The position numbers and the translations under genes were made by a program. From contig CAZRTO010000003.1 in NCBI GenBank assembly GCA_964603025.1, positions 1-41,424 of the forward strand: DNA of 41,424 nt. The letters are read 5' to 3'. Positions 17,203 through 25,547 of the stretch are shown piece by piece. The DNA comes from an uncultured bacterium. GTDB taxonomy: Bacteria > Margulisbacteria > WOR-1 > JAKLHX01. A model generated the notes under the pieces. That model did not search any database. It saw nothing but the letters and a program-made list of their open reading frames with translations, and was not told the DNA's origin. Positions within the stretch are counted from its first letter, which is position 1. The number at the start of each line of letters is the position of its first letter.

Positions 17203-17382
17203 ATGCCGAGACGCACCAAGAAAGGCAAAGAAGATGTTGAGGAGATGCTGGCAGCTCTTCAGCGTGAAGCAGCCAGGAACATAAGCGAAGTCGAGGACGA
17301 AGAAAATTACGATTATTCTTCCGATCAGGATCCGGACGATATGCGCCGGGACAGGATGTTTGACGACAATTACTTCAACTAG
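17203..17382 (+). CDS. hypothetical small protein (59 aa), basic N-terminus and strongly acidic remainder; not in the supplied ORF track
   Basis: Hand translation: MPRRTKKGKEDVEEMLAALQREAARNISEVEDEENYDYSSDQDPDDMRRDRMFDDNYFN, stop TAG at 17380-17382. Consensus SD AAGGAGG at 17187-17193, 9 nt upstream of the ATG. It falls just under the 60-aa cut-off of the track. Confidence 0.55.
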   Translation: MPRRTKKGKEDVEEMLAALQREAARNISEVEDEENYDYSSDQDPDDMRRDRMFDDNYFN

Positions 17383-17417
17383 ATCTTTGGCGGGATAATT
17401 GCTGTTATTCTGCAGCA

Positions 17418-17996
17418 ATGCTTGAGGAATTCATAAAAAACAACAAAATACCTGTCGTGTGCGCGGTTGTACTGCTTCTTCTGGCCGCTTTCCTTCTCCC
17501 AGGGATCGCAAAGGTGCCGAAAAACACCACACCCGTCGATGATCTTCTTGTTCTGTCCGGCCCGGCAAGGTACGACGATCTTGATATATATGTGGACATT
17601 TCCGGGGCAGTAAAAGATCCCGGAGTCTATAAGCTCAAGCCCGGAGCGCGGATGACGGACCTTGTTAAGGCCTGTGGAGGGTTCCGCACAAACGCCCTGA
17701 CAACTAACCTCAACCTGGCGCAGACCTTAAAGGACGGGGACAAAATAGTGGTCCCTTCACTGTACCGCTGCGGGACGGCATCCGGCGTTCCGTTCGAGGA
17801 CCGAAAGGTGAACATCAACACCGCGGACCAGAAAGCGCTCGAGTCAATCCCTGGGATAGGCCCGGGTACCGCCAAAAAGATATTGGAATACCGATCTTCA
17901 CAGGGGTTGTTCGGGATGCCCGAAGATATGAAGAAAGTTAAGGGCATCAGCGCGTCCAAGTTCGAAAAACTTAAACAGTATATTGATGTTCACTAG
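17418..17996 (+). CDS. comEA: competence protein ComEA (SLBB domain plus helix-hairpin-helix DNA-binding domain)
   Basis: 192 aa. N-terminal TM anchor. GAVKDPGVYKL...GDKIVVP (SLBB). VNINTADQKALESIPGIGPGTAKKILEYR (HhH). Confidence 0.85.
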   Translation: MLEEFIKNNKIPVVCAVVLLLLAAFLLPGIAKVPKNTTPVDDLLVLSGPARYDDLDIYVDISGAVKDPGVYKLKPGARMTDLVKACGGFRTNALTTNLNLAQTLKDGDKIVVPSLYRCGTASGVPFEDRKVNINTADQKALESIPGIGPGTAKKILEYRSSQGLFGMPEDMKKVKGISASKFEKLKQYIDVH

Positions 17997-20169
17997 TTTT
18001 TTTTACGCCAGGCCTTTTATACCGCTTCTGGCCATTGTGATCGCCCACGCTGTGTTCTTTAGCGGTAACAAAGCGATCGCTCCCGCAGAACGACCGGGAT
18101 CCGAGATCAGGGTTTCCGGACAGGTATCCGAAGAGCCGGCTTTAGGTGAAAAGGGCACGTCCTTTCTGCTTATTGCTGACAGGCCTAAGATATGCGGGAA
18201 GATAATTCCCGGCAGGCGTAGATTAAAGGTATATGTCAAAGGCCGAGTGCCGGTATCATATGCCGACCGGCTTGAGGTCCGCGGGACGTTTTTTAACGGC
18301 GAAAAAGCTTCTAATCCGGGTCAGTTTGATATGGAAAGATATCTCTCCGGAAAGAATATTCTGGGGACCCTTCATGTGTCCGGAAAAGATGATCTGTCCG
18401 TTCTCTCAAAGGGACAGGGGATAGTGAGTTCCGCGATCTCGATAAAGAACCGGATAGTAGCCGCGTTCAGGAGGATGATTCCTGAAGAACAGGCGAGTAT
18501 GCTTGGCAGTATACTTTTCGGTTCAAAAGCATCGCCGGTGCCCGCAGAGACCGTCGAGGCGTACAGAAAAAGCGGCGTTGTCCATATACTAGTGGCTTCC
18601 GGTAACAGGGTATCGATCCTTTTGGGCATATGCCTCGCGCTGCGCAGGCTTTTGCTCCTCCCGCCATGGGTATCGACGGCTTTGGCCTCGTTCCTTATCT
18701 GGAGCTTTACCGCGATGGCCGGGTTCGGTCCTTCGATAGTCAGGGCGTCCGTGATGGGACAGATAACGCTTTTGGGAGGATTGCTGGAGAGGGACACCGA
18801 TTTTTATAATACCCTGTGCGCGTCAGCTTTTTTTATACTTATCTTCAATCCTCTGATGCTGTTTGACATAGGTTTTCAGCTGTCTTTCGCGGCCACGTGG
18901 TCGTTCGTCTATCTTGCTCCGGTATTCGCCGGGGTCCTTAAGGGGCATATGCCGCCTTTTGCCGCCGAATCGTTTTCCGCGGCTTTTGCGCCTTTTGTGG
19001 CCACTCTGCCGATAACTTTGTATTATTTCTCGACAGTCTCGCTTGTCGGCGTTCTTGCCAATATGCTTGCAGTGCCGGTAACCGAGGTCATTACAACGCT
19101 GGGCTTTGTCTGTTCTTTGCTGGTACTGGCGATGCCTGTGCTGGCATATCCGCCGGTTCTGATAGCATCGGTGCTTATATATCTTCTTAATGCTATCGTG
19201 GCGTTCTTTTCGCGCGTTCCGGGCTCATTTGCCAGTTTTGGGCAGCCGCATCCGGTATTTGTCTTTTTGTATTATGCGGGCCTGGTATATACTGTAGAGA
19301 GCATGAAAAACCGGGACCTCTCAAAAAGATCCTTAAAACTAGCCCTGCTTGCCGTATCTCTGGCGTTCTTATTTGGCATAGGATCGGCTATATTCGCCGA
19401 AAAGAAGCTTGAGATAACCTTGCTTGACGTGGGGCAGGGAGATAGCATATTCATACGGATGCCAGGCGGAGAAAATGTTCTGATAGACGCCGGGCCGCCC
19501 AAAGCGGCAAAGAGCGTTATTTTGCCGTTCCTGAGAAAAAAAGGGGTAAACAGAATAGATCTGGCAGTCCTAACTCACGCGCATGATGACCACGTGGGAG
19601 GATTCCCTCATGTGCTTGAGAACATCAGGATATCTGAGGTCTTTGATCCGGGAGTGCCACATACGTCGCTGGCGTACAGAAGATTCCTGTCCCTTGTCGC
19701 CGCGAACAATATTAAATATTCAAATCCCAGATCAGGGCAGACGCTGTCGTTTGGCGATGTAAGGGCTGTCATTCTTGCGCCGTTCAATTATATGGAAAGC
19801 AACGACTTAAATGACAGCTCCATAGTGATGAGGTTCGTTTACGGCCGGCACGCTTTTTTGTTCACGGGCGATGCCGGGATCAGGATAGAGGAAAGGATGA
19901 TGGCAAGAGGGTTCCCTTTGAGGAGCGACGTGCTGAAGGTAGGGCATCACGGCAGCTCCACTTCTTCCGGACCGGATTTCTTGAGAAAGGTGAGCCCTTC
20001 CGTTGCGGTCGTGCCGGTAGCGGCAGTCAACAGATACGGGCACCCGTCACCAAAGGTCATGGGGCTGTTGCGTGAGATGGGCGTGCGGACAATGAGAACG
20101 GATATCCATGGAGCCGTCACTATTTCCAGCGACGGCAACGACCTTTATGTTGATCATGTGAAAAAATAA
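17983..20169 (+). CDS. comEC: DNA internalization competence protein ComEC/Rec2 with C-terminal metallo-beta-lactamase domain
   Basis: 728 aa. Multi-TM competence domain, then LDVGQGDS and LTHAHDDHVGG (MBL). 14-nt overlap with comEA. Confidence 0.9.
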   Translation: MMFTSFFYARPFIPLLAIVIAHAVFFSGNKAIAPAERPGSEIRVSGQVSEEPALGEKGTSFLLIADRPKICGKIIPGRRRLKVYVKGRVPVSYADRLEVRGTFFNGEKASNPGQFDMERYLSGKNILGTLHVSGKDDLSVLSKGQGIVSSAISIKNRIVAAFRRMIPEEQASMLGSILFGSKASPVPAETVEAYRKSGVVHILVASGNRVSILLGICLALRRLLLLPPWVSTALASFLIWSFTAMAGFGPSIVRASVMGQITLLGGLLERDTDFYNTLCASAFFILIFNPLMLFDIGFQLSFAATWSFVYLAPVFAGVLKGHMPPFAAESFSAAFAPFVATLPITLYYFSTVSLVGVLANMLAVPVTEVITTLGFVCSLLVLAMPVLAYPPVLIASVLIYLLNAIVAFFSRVPGSFASFGQPHPVFVFLYYAGLVYTVESMKNRDLSKRSLKLALLAVSLAFLFGIGSAIFAEKKLEITLLDVGQGDSIFIRMPGGENVLIDAGPPKAAKSVILPFLRKKGVNRIDLAVLTHAHDDHVGGFPHVLENIRISEVFDPGVPHTSLAYRRFLSLVAANNIKYSNPRSGQTLSFGDVRAVILAPFNYMESNDLNDSSIVMRFVYGRHAFLFTGDAGIRIEERMMARGFPLRSDVLKVGHHGSSTSSGPDFLRKVSPSVAVVPVAAVNRYGHPSPKVMGLLREMGVRTMRTDIHGAVTISSDGNDLYVDHVKK

Positions 20170-20186
20170 GTATCACGTGATATCAT

Positions 20187-20771
20187 ATGTGTGCCATGAA
20201 AGAGAAGAAAGTGATCTGGGTGACCGGGCCGGCAGGGGCGGGCAAGGACGAAGTTTGCCGCATGCTCGAAAAAGAGGGCTTTTATACCGTAGATGCCGAC
20301 AGAATAGGGCATAAGATACTCAATAAAAAAAAGAACGCGTTAAAACAAGTGTTCGGCGGCCCGGTGGTCAGGAACGGAAGGGTCGACCGCAAGGTCCTGG
20401 GAAAACGGGTTTTTGGCAGCAAGGCGGCTTTGAAAAAGTTGAACTCCATTGTCCACCCAGGGCTGATAATGGGCATCAGGTCCGCCGTGAGTTCCTGCGG
20501 CCGGGCAAGGATCGCCATAAACGCGGCCCTCTACAAAGAACTTTGCCCAGCTTTTCCGGATGCTCCGGTAGTCTCTGTGCTTGCTTCAAGGGCTCTCCGG
20601 GCCCAAAGGCTGGTCGTGTCCAGAAGGATGCCGCGGAACGAGGCAGAGGCCCTTATCGGAGCGCAGCAGAAGGACAGCTACTACAAGAGAGTGTCCGATT
20701 TTCTGATACTTAACGACGGTGGCTTGGGTCGGTTAAGGCGCGAGGTCAAGAAACTGCAGTTCATTTTCTGA
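20187..20771 (+). CDS. coaE: dephospho-CoA kinase
   Basis: P-loop VTGPAGAGK, DADRIGHKIL, VHPGL and overall CoaE pattern. The start could instead be the in-frame ATG at 20196. Confidence 0.8.
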   Translation: MCAMKEKKVIWVTGPAGAGKDEVCRMLEKEGFYTVDADRIGHKILNKKKNALKQVFGGPVVRNGRVDRKVLGKRVFGSKAALKKLNSIVHPGLIMGIRSAVSSCGRARIAINAALYKELCPAFPDAPVVSVLASRALRAQRLVVSRRMPRNEAEALIGAQQKDSYYKRVSDFLILNDGGLGRLRREVKKLQFIF

Positions 20772-22902
20772 TTATATGTCTTTCTATCCTGTACAGCTGT
20801 GTCTGTTTGTCCCCTTCGGCCGTAACTTCGAGGGTGTTCATTCCCGTTATGAGCGCCGTTCTTTCGGAGAACCAGGAAGCATTTCGGTCAAGCTTCAGTT
20901 TTTTTCTGTTGACAGATACGCTTTTTACCTCAGCGCTTGATATCCTGGCGGATGTCAGCACCGAAGAATGACCGGTATCGATCCGCTTGTCGGGCAGAGG
21001 GATGAGATCAAATACCGTGTGCGCGGAAACTTCCGCCGAAGGAGCGGCCGCCGAAAATTCGGCCTCTATGGAGCTTTGTATAAGAGGGGTTTTGGACAGC
21101 ATAAAAGCGACCTCTCCTCGGGTTATGTTCTTATTGGGCTCAAGATCGGTGCCGATAACAAAATCGAGCATGCCTTTTTTCTTTGCGTGATCGATATCCC
21201 TCACGGCCCAGTTGTCTATGGCTATATCCGGATAAGGCGACACGGACACGGGCTCCAGGCTCGCGCCGGAGAACCTTGATATGATCACCGCCGCTTCCGC
21301 TCTTGATACGTTCTTCGCGGGCCTGAACGTGCCGTCCGGATAACCCTTTACAAGCCCTTCTCTTGCGGCTATGGACGCGAATCCCGCAGCCCAGTAGGTG
21401 ACAGGCACGTCCTTGAAATCGCGTTTTGAGGCGTGAGCTTCCTTGTGGCCGAGGGCCTTGACCAGCAGAGTCACCAGCTCGGCGCGGACGATAGGCTGTT
21501 CCGGCTTGAAAGTACCGTCGGAGTAACCTCTCATTATCCCCAGATTATTAAGGTGAGCTATCGCGTCCTTGGCAAAATTGTCAGAACCCACATCCTCTAT
21601 GACAGGAGCCCTGAGTATGTGCAGCTGGGCCGTGGCTGTCCCTGTTTCAGGGGAAGACACCAGAGCTTCTATGCTGATCACGTTGGGGCCCTTTGCAAGA
21701 TGAGGCCAGAACACCTCGAATGAATTCGCGGTGCTAAGGGCCATGATATCCCTGCCGTTAACTTTAACCGCTTTTATCTCGTGCGCATTTTCTACGGATG
21801 CGGCTATGTCCACCGCTTCGTCCGTTACCGAGGACTTATCTTTGGGTGAGAGTATGTTCAGGACATAGTCGCCTTTTTTTGGAGCAAATTTAGGTTTTTC
21901 GGGTTCCGGAGCGTATGTAAGAGTGAAGATATGGCTGTTGTTGGAACTTACGGGATCGGATTTGTAAGCGTAATCGAACCGGAACTGTGACTGTTCAAGT
22001 CCTATGCCGTAACTCAGCCCTGCGTCTGGAGCGCTCTGGTCATAACCCAGCCTGAGAGCAAGGGTCTTGATCGGCTTCCATTCGAGCCCGGTCCTGAAGA
22101 CCATTCCGTTGGAATAAGAGAGAGTTTCCCGGGGCATTTCTATATCAACGGCCCCGACTATGTCGTGTCCCTGCAGGCGGTCCTCAAAAAGAGAGTCCTT
22201 GCCCGCCAGATGGAACTGTCCTCCCAGTTTTATCGCTCCTCCAAGCGTGTCCGAAGCGGATGATGCGCCGCTCCATGACAGGGGAGATGATAAGAGGTTT
22301 TGGTAGGCAAGGCCCGCCGAAAGCCACGGCAAGCTTTCCGGACAGTAGATCACGCCAATGTCCAAGTCCATCGCGGTGCCTCTTGCGGAGCTGTTGGGTC
22401 CTGATATGCTCTGGTTGTAGGTCTTCAGGCTGGCACCCAGGGACAGGTCTCCGGCGAACTCTATTCTTTTTGAATACGCCAGAACGAGCATGCTGTTCTC
22501 ATAGCCGATAGCTTCAGCCGACGGGTCGAGTATTATTCTTCCTGTAACGGAGGGCTCCCTGATCGTCGGGAACGAATTGCCGGCATTCAAGCCGACGAAC
22601 CCCAGTCCTAATGTCCCGAAACCCGTTTTTATGGATCCTGCTGCCGTGGTCTGGTTAACATCCCCGAGCAGATTGCTGGATGTGCCGGATATCTGCCAGT
22701 ATCTGGAAAAGTCCAGAGAAGCCGGGTTTGAAAATATGTTATTAGGGTCGGCTTTGTCGGCCAAGGTAGCCCGCCCCATGCCTATCTGGCGCGCGCCGAA
22801 GGAATACATTGACGGGTTCAGCACCGTGCCTGCCCGGGCGCATGCCGCAAGACCAGATAAGACCAGGCAGAATAAGAAAAACGTCTTGAGCGTATGTTTC
22901 AT
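20761..22902 (-). CDS. outer-membrane beta-barrel (PorV/FadL/TraF-like N-terminal motif) fused to an Ig-like domain, three SLH domains and a C-terminal Ig-like domain
   Basis: 713 aa. Signal peptide with a possible lipobox (LAAC). GARQIGMGRATLA...IFSNPASL motif. Alternating-polarity barrel region ending HIFTLTY (about aa 25-330). SLH repeats at about aa 434-606 (FKDVPVTYWAAGFASIAAREGLVKGYPDGTFRP...SRAEAAVIISRF and two more). Confidence 0.8.
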   Translation of the reverse strand: MKHTLKTFFLFCLVLSGLAACARAGTVLNPSMYSFGARQIGMGRATLADKADPNNIFSNPASLDFSRYWQISGTSSNLLGDVNQTTAAGSIKTGFGTLGLGFVGLNAGNSFPTIREPSVTGRIILDPSAEAIGYENSMLVLAYSKRIEFAGDLSLGASLKTYNQSISGPNSSARGTAMDLDIGVIYCPESLPWLSAGLAYQNLLSSPLSWSGASSASDTLGGAIKLGGQFHLAGKDSLFEDRLQGHDIVGAVDIEMPRETLSYSNGMVFRTGLEWKPIKTLALRLGYDQSAPDAGLSYGIGLEQSQFRFDYAYKSDPVSSNNSHIFTLTYAPEPEKPKFAPKKGDYVLNILSPKDKSSVTDEAVDIAASVENAHEIKAVKVNGRDIMALSTANSFEVFWPHLAKGPNVISIEALVSSPETGTATAQLHILRAPVIEDVGSDNFAKDAIAHLNNLGIMRGYSDGTFKPEQPIVRAELVTLLVKALGHKEAHASKRDFKDVPVTYWAAGFASIAAREGLVKGYPDGTFRPAKNVSRAEAAVIISRFSGASLEPVSVSPYPDIAIDNWAVRDIDHAKKKGMLDFVIGTDLEPNKNITRGEVAFMLSKTPLIQSSIEAEFSAAAPSAEVSAHTVFDLIPLPDKRIDTGHSSVLTSARISSAEVKSVSVNRKKLKLDRNASWFSERTALITGMNTLEVTAEGDKQTQLYRIERHIIRK

Positions 22903-23603
22903 CTCAGGGCCACCATCTTGCCTTTTCCTGCTACCGCTCCGTCAGCGACTATCAGGTAAATATACATGCCGTTGCCCACCGTTTGGCCTGATGCCGTTTT
23001 GCCGTCCCAGAATATCTCGTTATATCCGGCCAGACCTCCGGGGGTCCCGGACGCGAAGGGCAGTTTGACAAGATTGCCCCCGGCCGGATCGTATATGTTG
23101 ACGGAGATGTTCGCGTCCCTGGTCAGGTTGTAAGATATATATGTGCCGCTTGCCGGATCGAACGGATTAGGATAATTAAGCGGGTTGCCCTGCAGTGACA
23201 GGTCTTGAGCGCTTTCTACCTTAAGCCCTGTCACCTCGAACAAAGTGCCCTCACCGGAGTAGTCAGGTACGTATACCAGGATCGCATATATCCCGTCGGA
23301 CAGCGCGGACGTTTCTTTATAGAAGAGGCGGCATTCTGTCGAGGATATCACATCTGTTGTAAAGCCTGTTATAACCTCGTATGTCGCGTCCTTGCCGTAG
23401 GCCATCATGATCGAAGCGGCATCGAACGATGCTGAGCTTGATATCCTGACTTCCATTGAAGGCAGGGACGAAATGGTGTCGTTGTTCTGGATCCTGCGGC
23501 CGTTCATATACAGCTCAAAGTCCATAGTAGCGGCGTCGGCATGTGCGACGGCAGCCGCCAGCAATACCGGCACGGCCAATAAGACCCAAAAATACTTTTT
23601 CAC
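22899..23603 (-). CDS. secreted protein with C-terminal FlgD-Ig-like / T9SS type-A-sorting-like domain
   Basis: 234 aa. Signal peptide (LLAAAVAHADA). C-terminal NYPNPFDP..ISYNL....ISVNIYD.AG..V.......G.....WDGK...G..VGNGMYIYLI pattern. ATGA overlap with the downstream barrel-SLH gene. Confidence 0.75.
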   Translation of the reverse strand: MKKYFWVLLAVPVLLAAAVAHADAATMDFELYMNGRRIQNNDTISSLPSMEVRISSSASFDAASIMMAYGKDATYEVITGFTTDVISSTECRLFYKETSALSDGIYAILVYVPDYSGEGTLFEVTGLKVESAQDLSLQGNPLNYPNPFDPASGTYISYNLTRDANISVNIYDPAGGNLVKLPFASGTPGGLAGYNEIFWDGKTASGQTVGNGMYIYLIVADGAVAGKGKMVALR

Positions 23604-23613
23604 TCGTATCCTC

Positions 23614-25482
23614 CTAAAAAGTCAGGCTCACCGCAACGGTCTGGTTCCACTTTATGTCCGATGCGGTCAGATTGTCCATGATCTTGTCCATCGGGACCCC
23701 TTTGCTCTTTAAAGTGGCCACTGTCCCGGGGATGTCGGCAGCCGCAGTATAGGAAAGCTTCCAGTTGTCCCTGCCGGTATAAAACGTCCAGAATATGGGC
23801 TTTGCGATGTTGGTGTAGAGCAGATCAACGGAATAGAGACTGACCGCCGAAAGCGCGTCCACGCCCAGCGCGATCCCCGTTTTTGCTCCGGTTATTTCAG
23901 TCTGCAGTCCCAGGTCCAGCTTCGCCGGAAGAAAAGGGATCCCCTGAGGGAATGTGCTGTCTATCTTTTCCTGGACTTCCGCGTTATCGGCCGTCGGTTT
24001 TGATACTACCCCCACGCCGCCGCGCAGCCATATGGGGAGCGCGAATATCTGTGTTTCCGATCCGAGCCTCAGGACATTGATGTTGCTTATACCTACATCG
24101 ACACGTGTTCCGGTGGAATCTACAACCTGTATTATCATCGGGTTGGACCTTGTTTCGTAGTCAAGGGCTATGAGAAATGGCTTTGTAGTGTGCATGCCTA
24201 ACCGGATCTTTTTCGGGAGCTCGTACGTTTTGGACGGTTCCATGTATAACCCCTGTCCGTCCGGGAACACAAAATCCGTAGACCCGTACTCAAAAGGCGA
24301 CCAGTTGATCCCTTCGGCCGGGTCTATGTCGGGGTTCTCGGTGTTGAAGCGGTGGTTGGCATAATACGATAATCCTCTCCCTTTCATGTCGAGAACGGCT
24401 CCGCCCATGTTCTCGGCGACAAGGCTGAATGCCAGCCAGGGTTGGGGATCCCACATAAGTCCGAGATCCTGTCTGACGCAGGAGCCGGAATAGATCCCTG
24501 ACCATCTCGCGTCTGCCACTATCTCGCCCTCGGGCACCTGTATGACACTGGCTTTGTAGCCCGATGAGGTGCCGTAACGAGCGGGATCCGTTGTCCAAGC
24601 AGCCACATCAACAGGATCATCCGGATCGAAATTGGGAGTATAGAATATCAAATCCGATGCGGAAGTGCTCACTATCGCCCTTGCCGAGTTGTCAAATTCG
24701 GTACGTACGCTTATGGGTGTTAAGTTAAGTCCTGCCGAGAACTGGCCGTATTTAACAGCTCCGGTCATGGTCATGGAATTCTGCATCGATAAGCTGTTCC
24801 TGAAAGAAGTTTTTGCCGATGTCGGCAGTATTAGGTCCTGTGTCAGGAACCCGCTCCAGACCCTGTCCGAGGATGTGTAGGGGATCCCTCCGACGGTATA
24901 GGTCAGCTTGCCGTCGGTTATCGAGAGATTGTCCTGTGAGAAGTTGTTAAGGTCCGACGAGTATTTGGAAGTGACCGGTACACTTCCGGCCACGTCCCAG
25001 CTGGCATCAAGGGGATTGAGTGTTTTTACTCCGACAGCGAGCCAGTCGTTGAATTTGATGGCCTGATCGAACTCAAGCGATGAACCGGGATTGTTGTATC
25101 CGGCCAGCGTCGTTGCGGTCCTCTCTTTTTTTACCAGATCGGAAGGATCGTCCGTGAAATATATGCCGTTGGCAAATCCGCTCCCGGCTTCGAACTCGTT
25201 ATCCTCCACCTTGAAATTGTTGCTGAACGAAGAAACGAGTTTCCCCAATGGTATCTGGGCGTTGGCCTCCGCGGTCGGTATCCTGGTCAGTCCCGCGGGG
25301 TTCCACAGCGCGGAGGTCATGCCTCTGGCAAGCGAGCCGTAATAGATGCCTATGCCCGGGATCGGGTCTTCGTATATAGGCAGGCTCAGGGTGAGGTTGG
25401 AATATGGGAAATTGAAGTCGGCCACTGCCGGAGAGGCCGCCAGGATCGATGTTAAAAGCAAGAAAAACAGGATCTTTTTCAT
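23614..25482 (-). CDS. outer-membrane beta-barrel protein (PorV/FadL-like motif)
   Basis: 622 aa. Signal peptide (ASPAVADF). [17 protein letters not shown] motif. C-terminal beta-signal ending ...VAVSLTF (terminal Phe). Confidence 0.75.
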   Translation of the reverse strand: MKKILFFLLLTSILAASPAVADFNFPYSNLTLSLPIYEDPIPGIGIYYGSLARGMTSALWNPAGLTRIPTAEANAQIPLGKLVSSFSNNFKVEDNEFEAGSGFANGIYFTDDPSDLVKKERTATTLAGYNNPGSSLEFDQAIKFNDWLAVGVKTLNPLDASWDVAGSVPVTSKYSSDLNNFSQDNLSITDGKLTYTVGGIPYTSSDRVWSGFLTQDLILPTSAKTSFRNSLSMQNSMTMTGAVKYGQFSAGLNLTPISVRTEFDNSARAIVSTSASDLIFYTPNFDPDDPVDVAAWTTDPARYGTSSGYKASVIQVPEGEIVADARWSGIYSGSCVRQDLGLMWDPQPWLAFSLVAENMGGAVLDMKGRGLSYYANHRFNTENPDIDPAEGINWSPFEYGSTDFVFPDGQGLYMEPSKTYELPKKIRLGMHTTKPFLIALDYETRSNPMIIQVVDSTGTRVDVGISNINVLRLGSETQIFALPIWLRGGVGVVSKPTADNAEVQEKIDSTFPQGIPFLPAKLDLGLQTEITGAKTGIALGVDALSAVSLYSVDLLYTNIAKPIFWTFYTGRDNWKLSYTAAADIPGTVATLKSKGVPMDKIMDNLTASDIKWNQTVAVSLTF

Positions 25483-25494
25483 CAGGATGTCTGC

Positions 25495-25523
25495 ATTATA
25501 TATTCACTCCGGAGGGATGTCAA
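25495..25523 (-). promoter_or_regulatory. sigma70-consensus promoter for the outer-membrane operon: TTGACA-17 nt-TATAAT
   Basis: The - strand reads TTGACAtccctccggagtgaataTATAATgcagacatcctgATG. The -35 is the reverse complement of 25518-25523 and the -10 is the reverse complement of 25495-25500. Only 12 nt separate the -10 box from the ATG at 25482. Confidence 0.6.
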
Positions 25524-25532
25524 CGATTTTCT

Positions 25533-25541
25533 TGGTATAAT
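25533..25541 (+). promoter_or_regulatory. extended -10 element (TGgTATAAT) upstream of uvrB
   Basis: tggtataat at 25533-25541, 6 nt upstream of the GTG at 25548. Confidence 0.45.
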
Positions 25542-25547
25542 CTATCC

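Noticed and set aside
20171-20182. 12-bp perfect palindrome TATCACGTGATA just upstream of coaE
   Set aside because: This is a single short palindrome in a 17-nt spacer after the comEC stop. It has no second copy in the window and no associated regulator gene. It is most simply chance or a minor stem.
22899-23603. Inferring that the organism has a type IX secretion system from the CTD-like tail
   Set aside because: FlgD-Ig-like and CTD-like domains occur widely outside T9SS-bearing phyla. No PorK/L/M/N, Sov or PorU genes are visible here. It is kept as a hypothesis to test, not a call.
25449-25547. ATG-initiated 33-aa N-terminal extension of uvrB
   Set aside because: The extension is not UvrB-like, overlaps the divergent barrel gene by 34 nt, and would place the promoter inside that gene. 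The conserved UvrB N-terminus begins at the GTG at 25548. It remains an open alternative in the findings.
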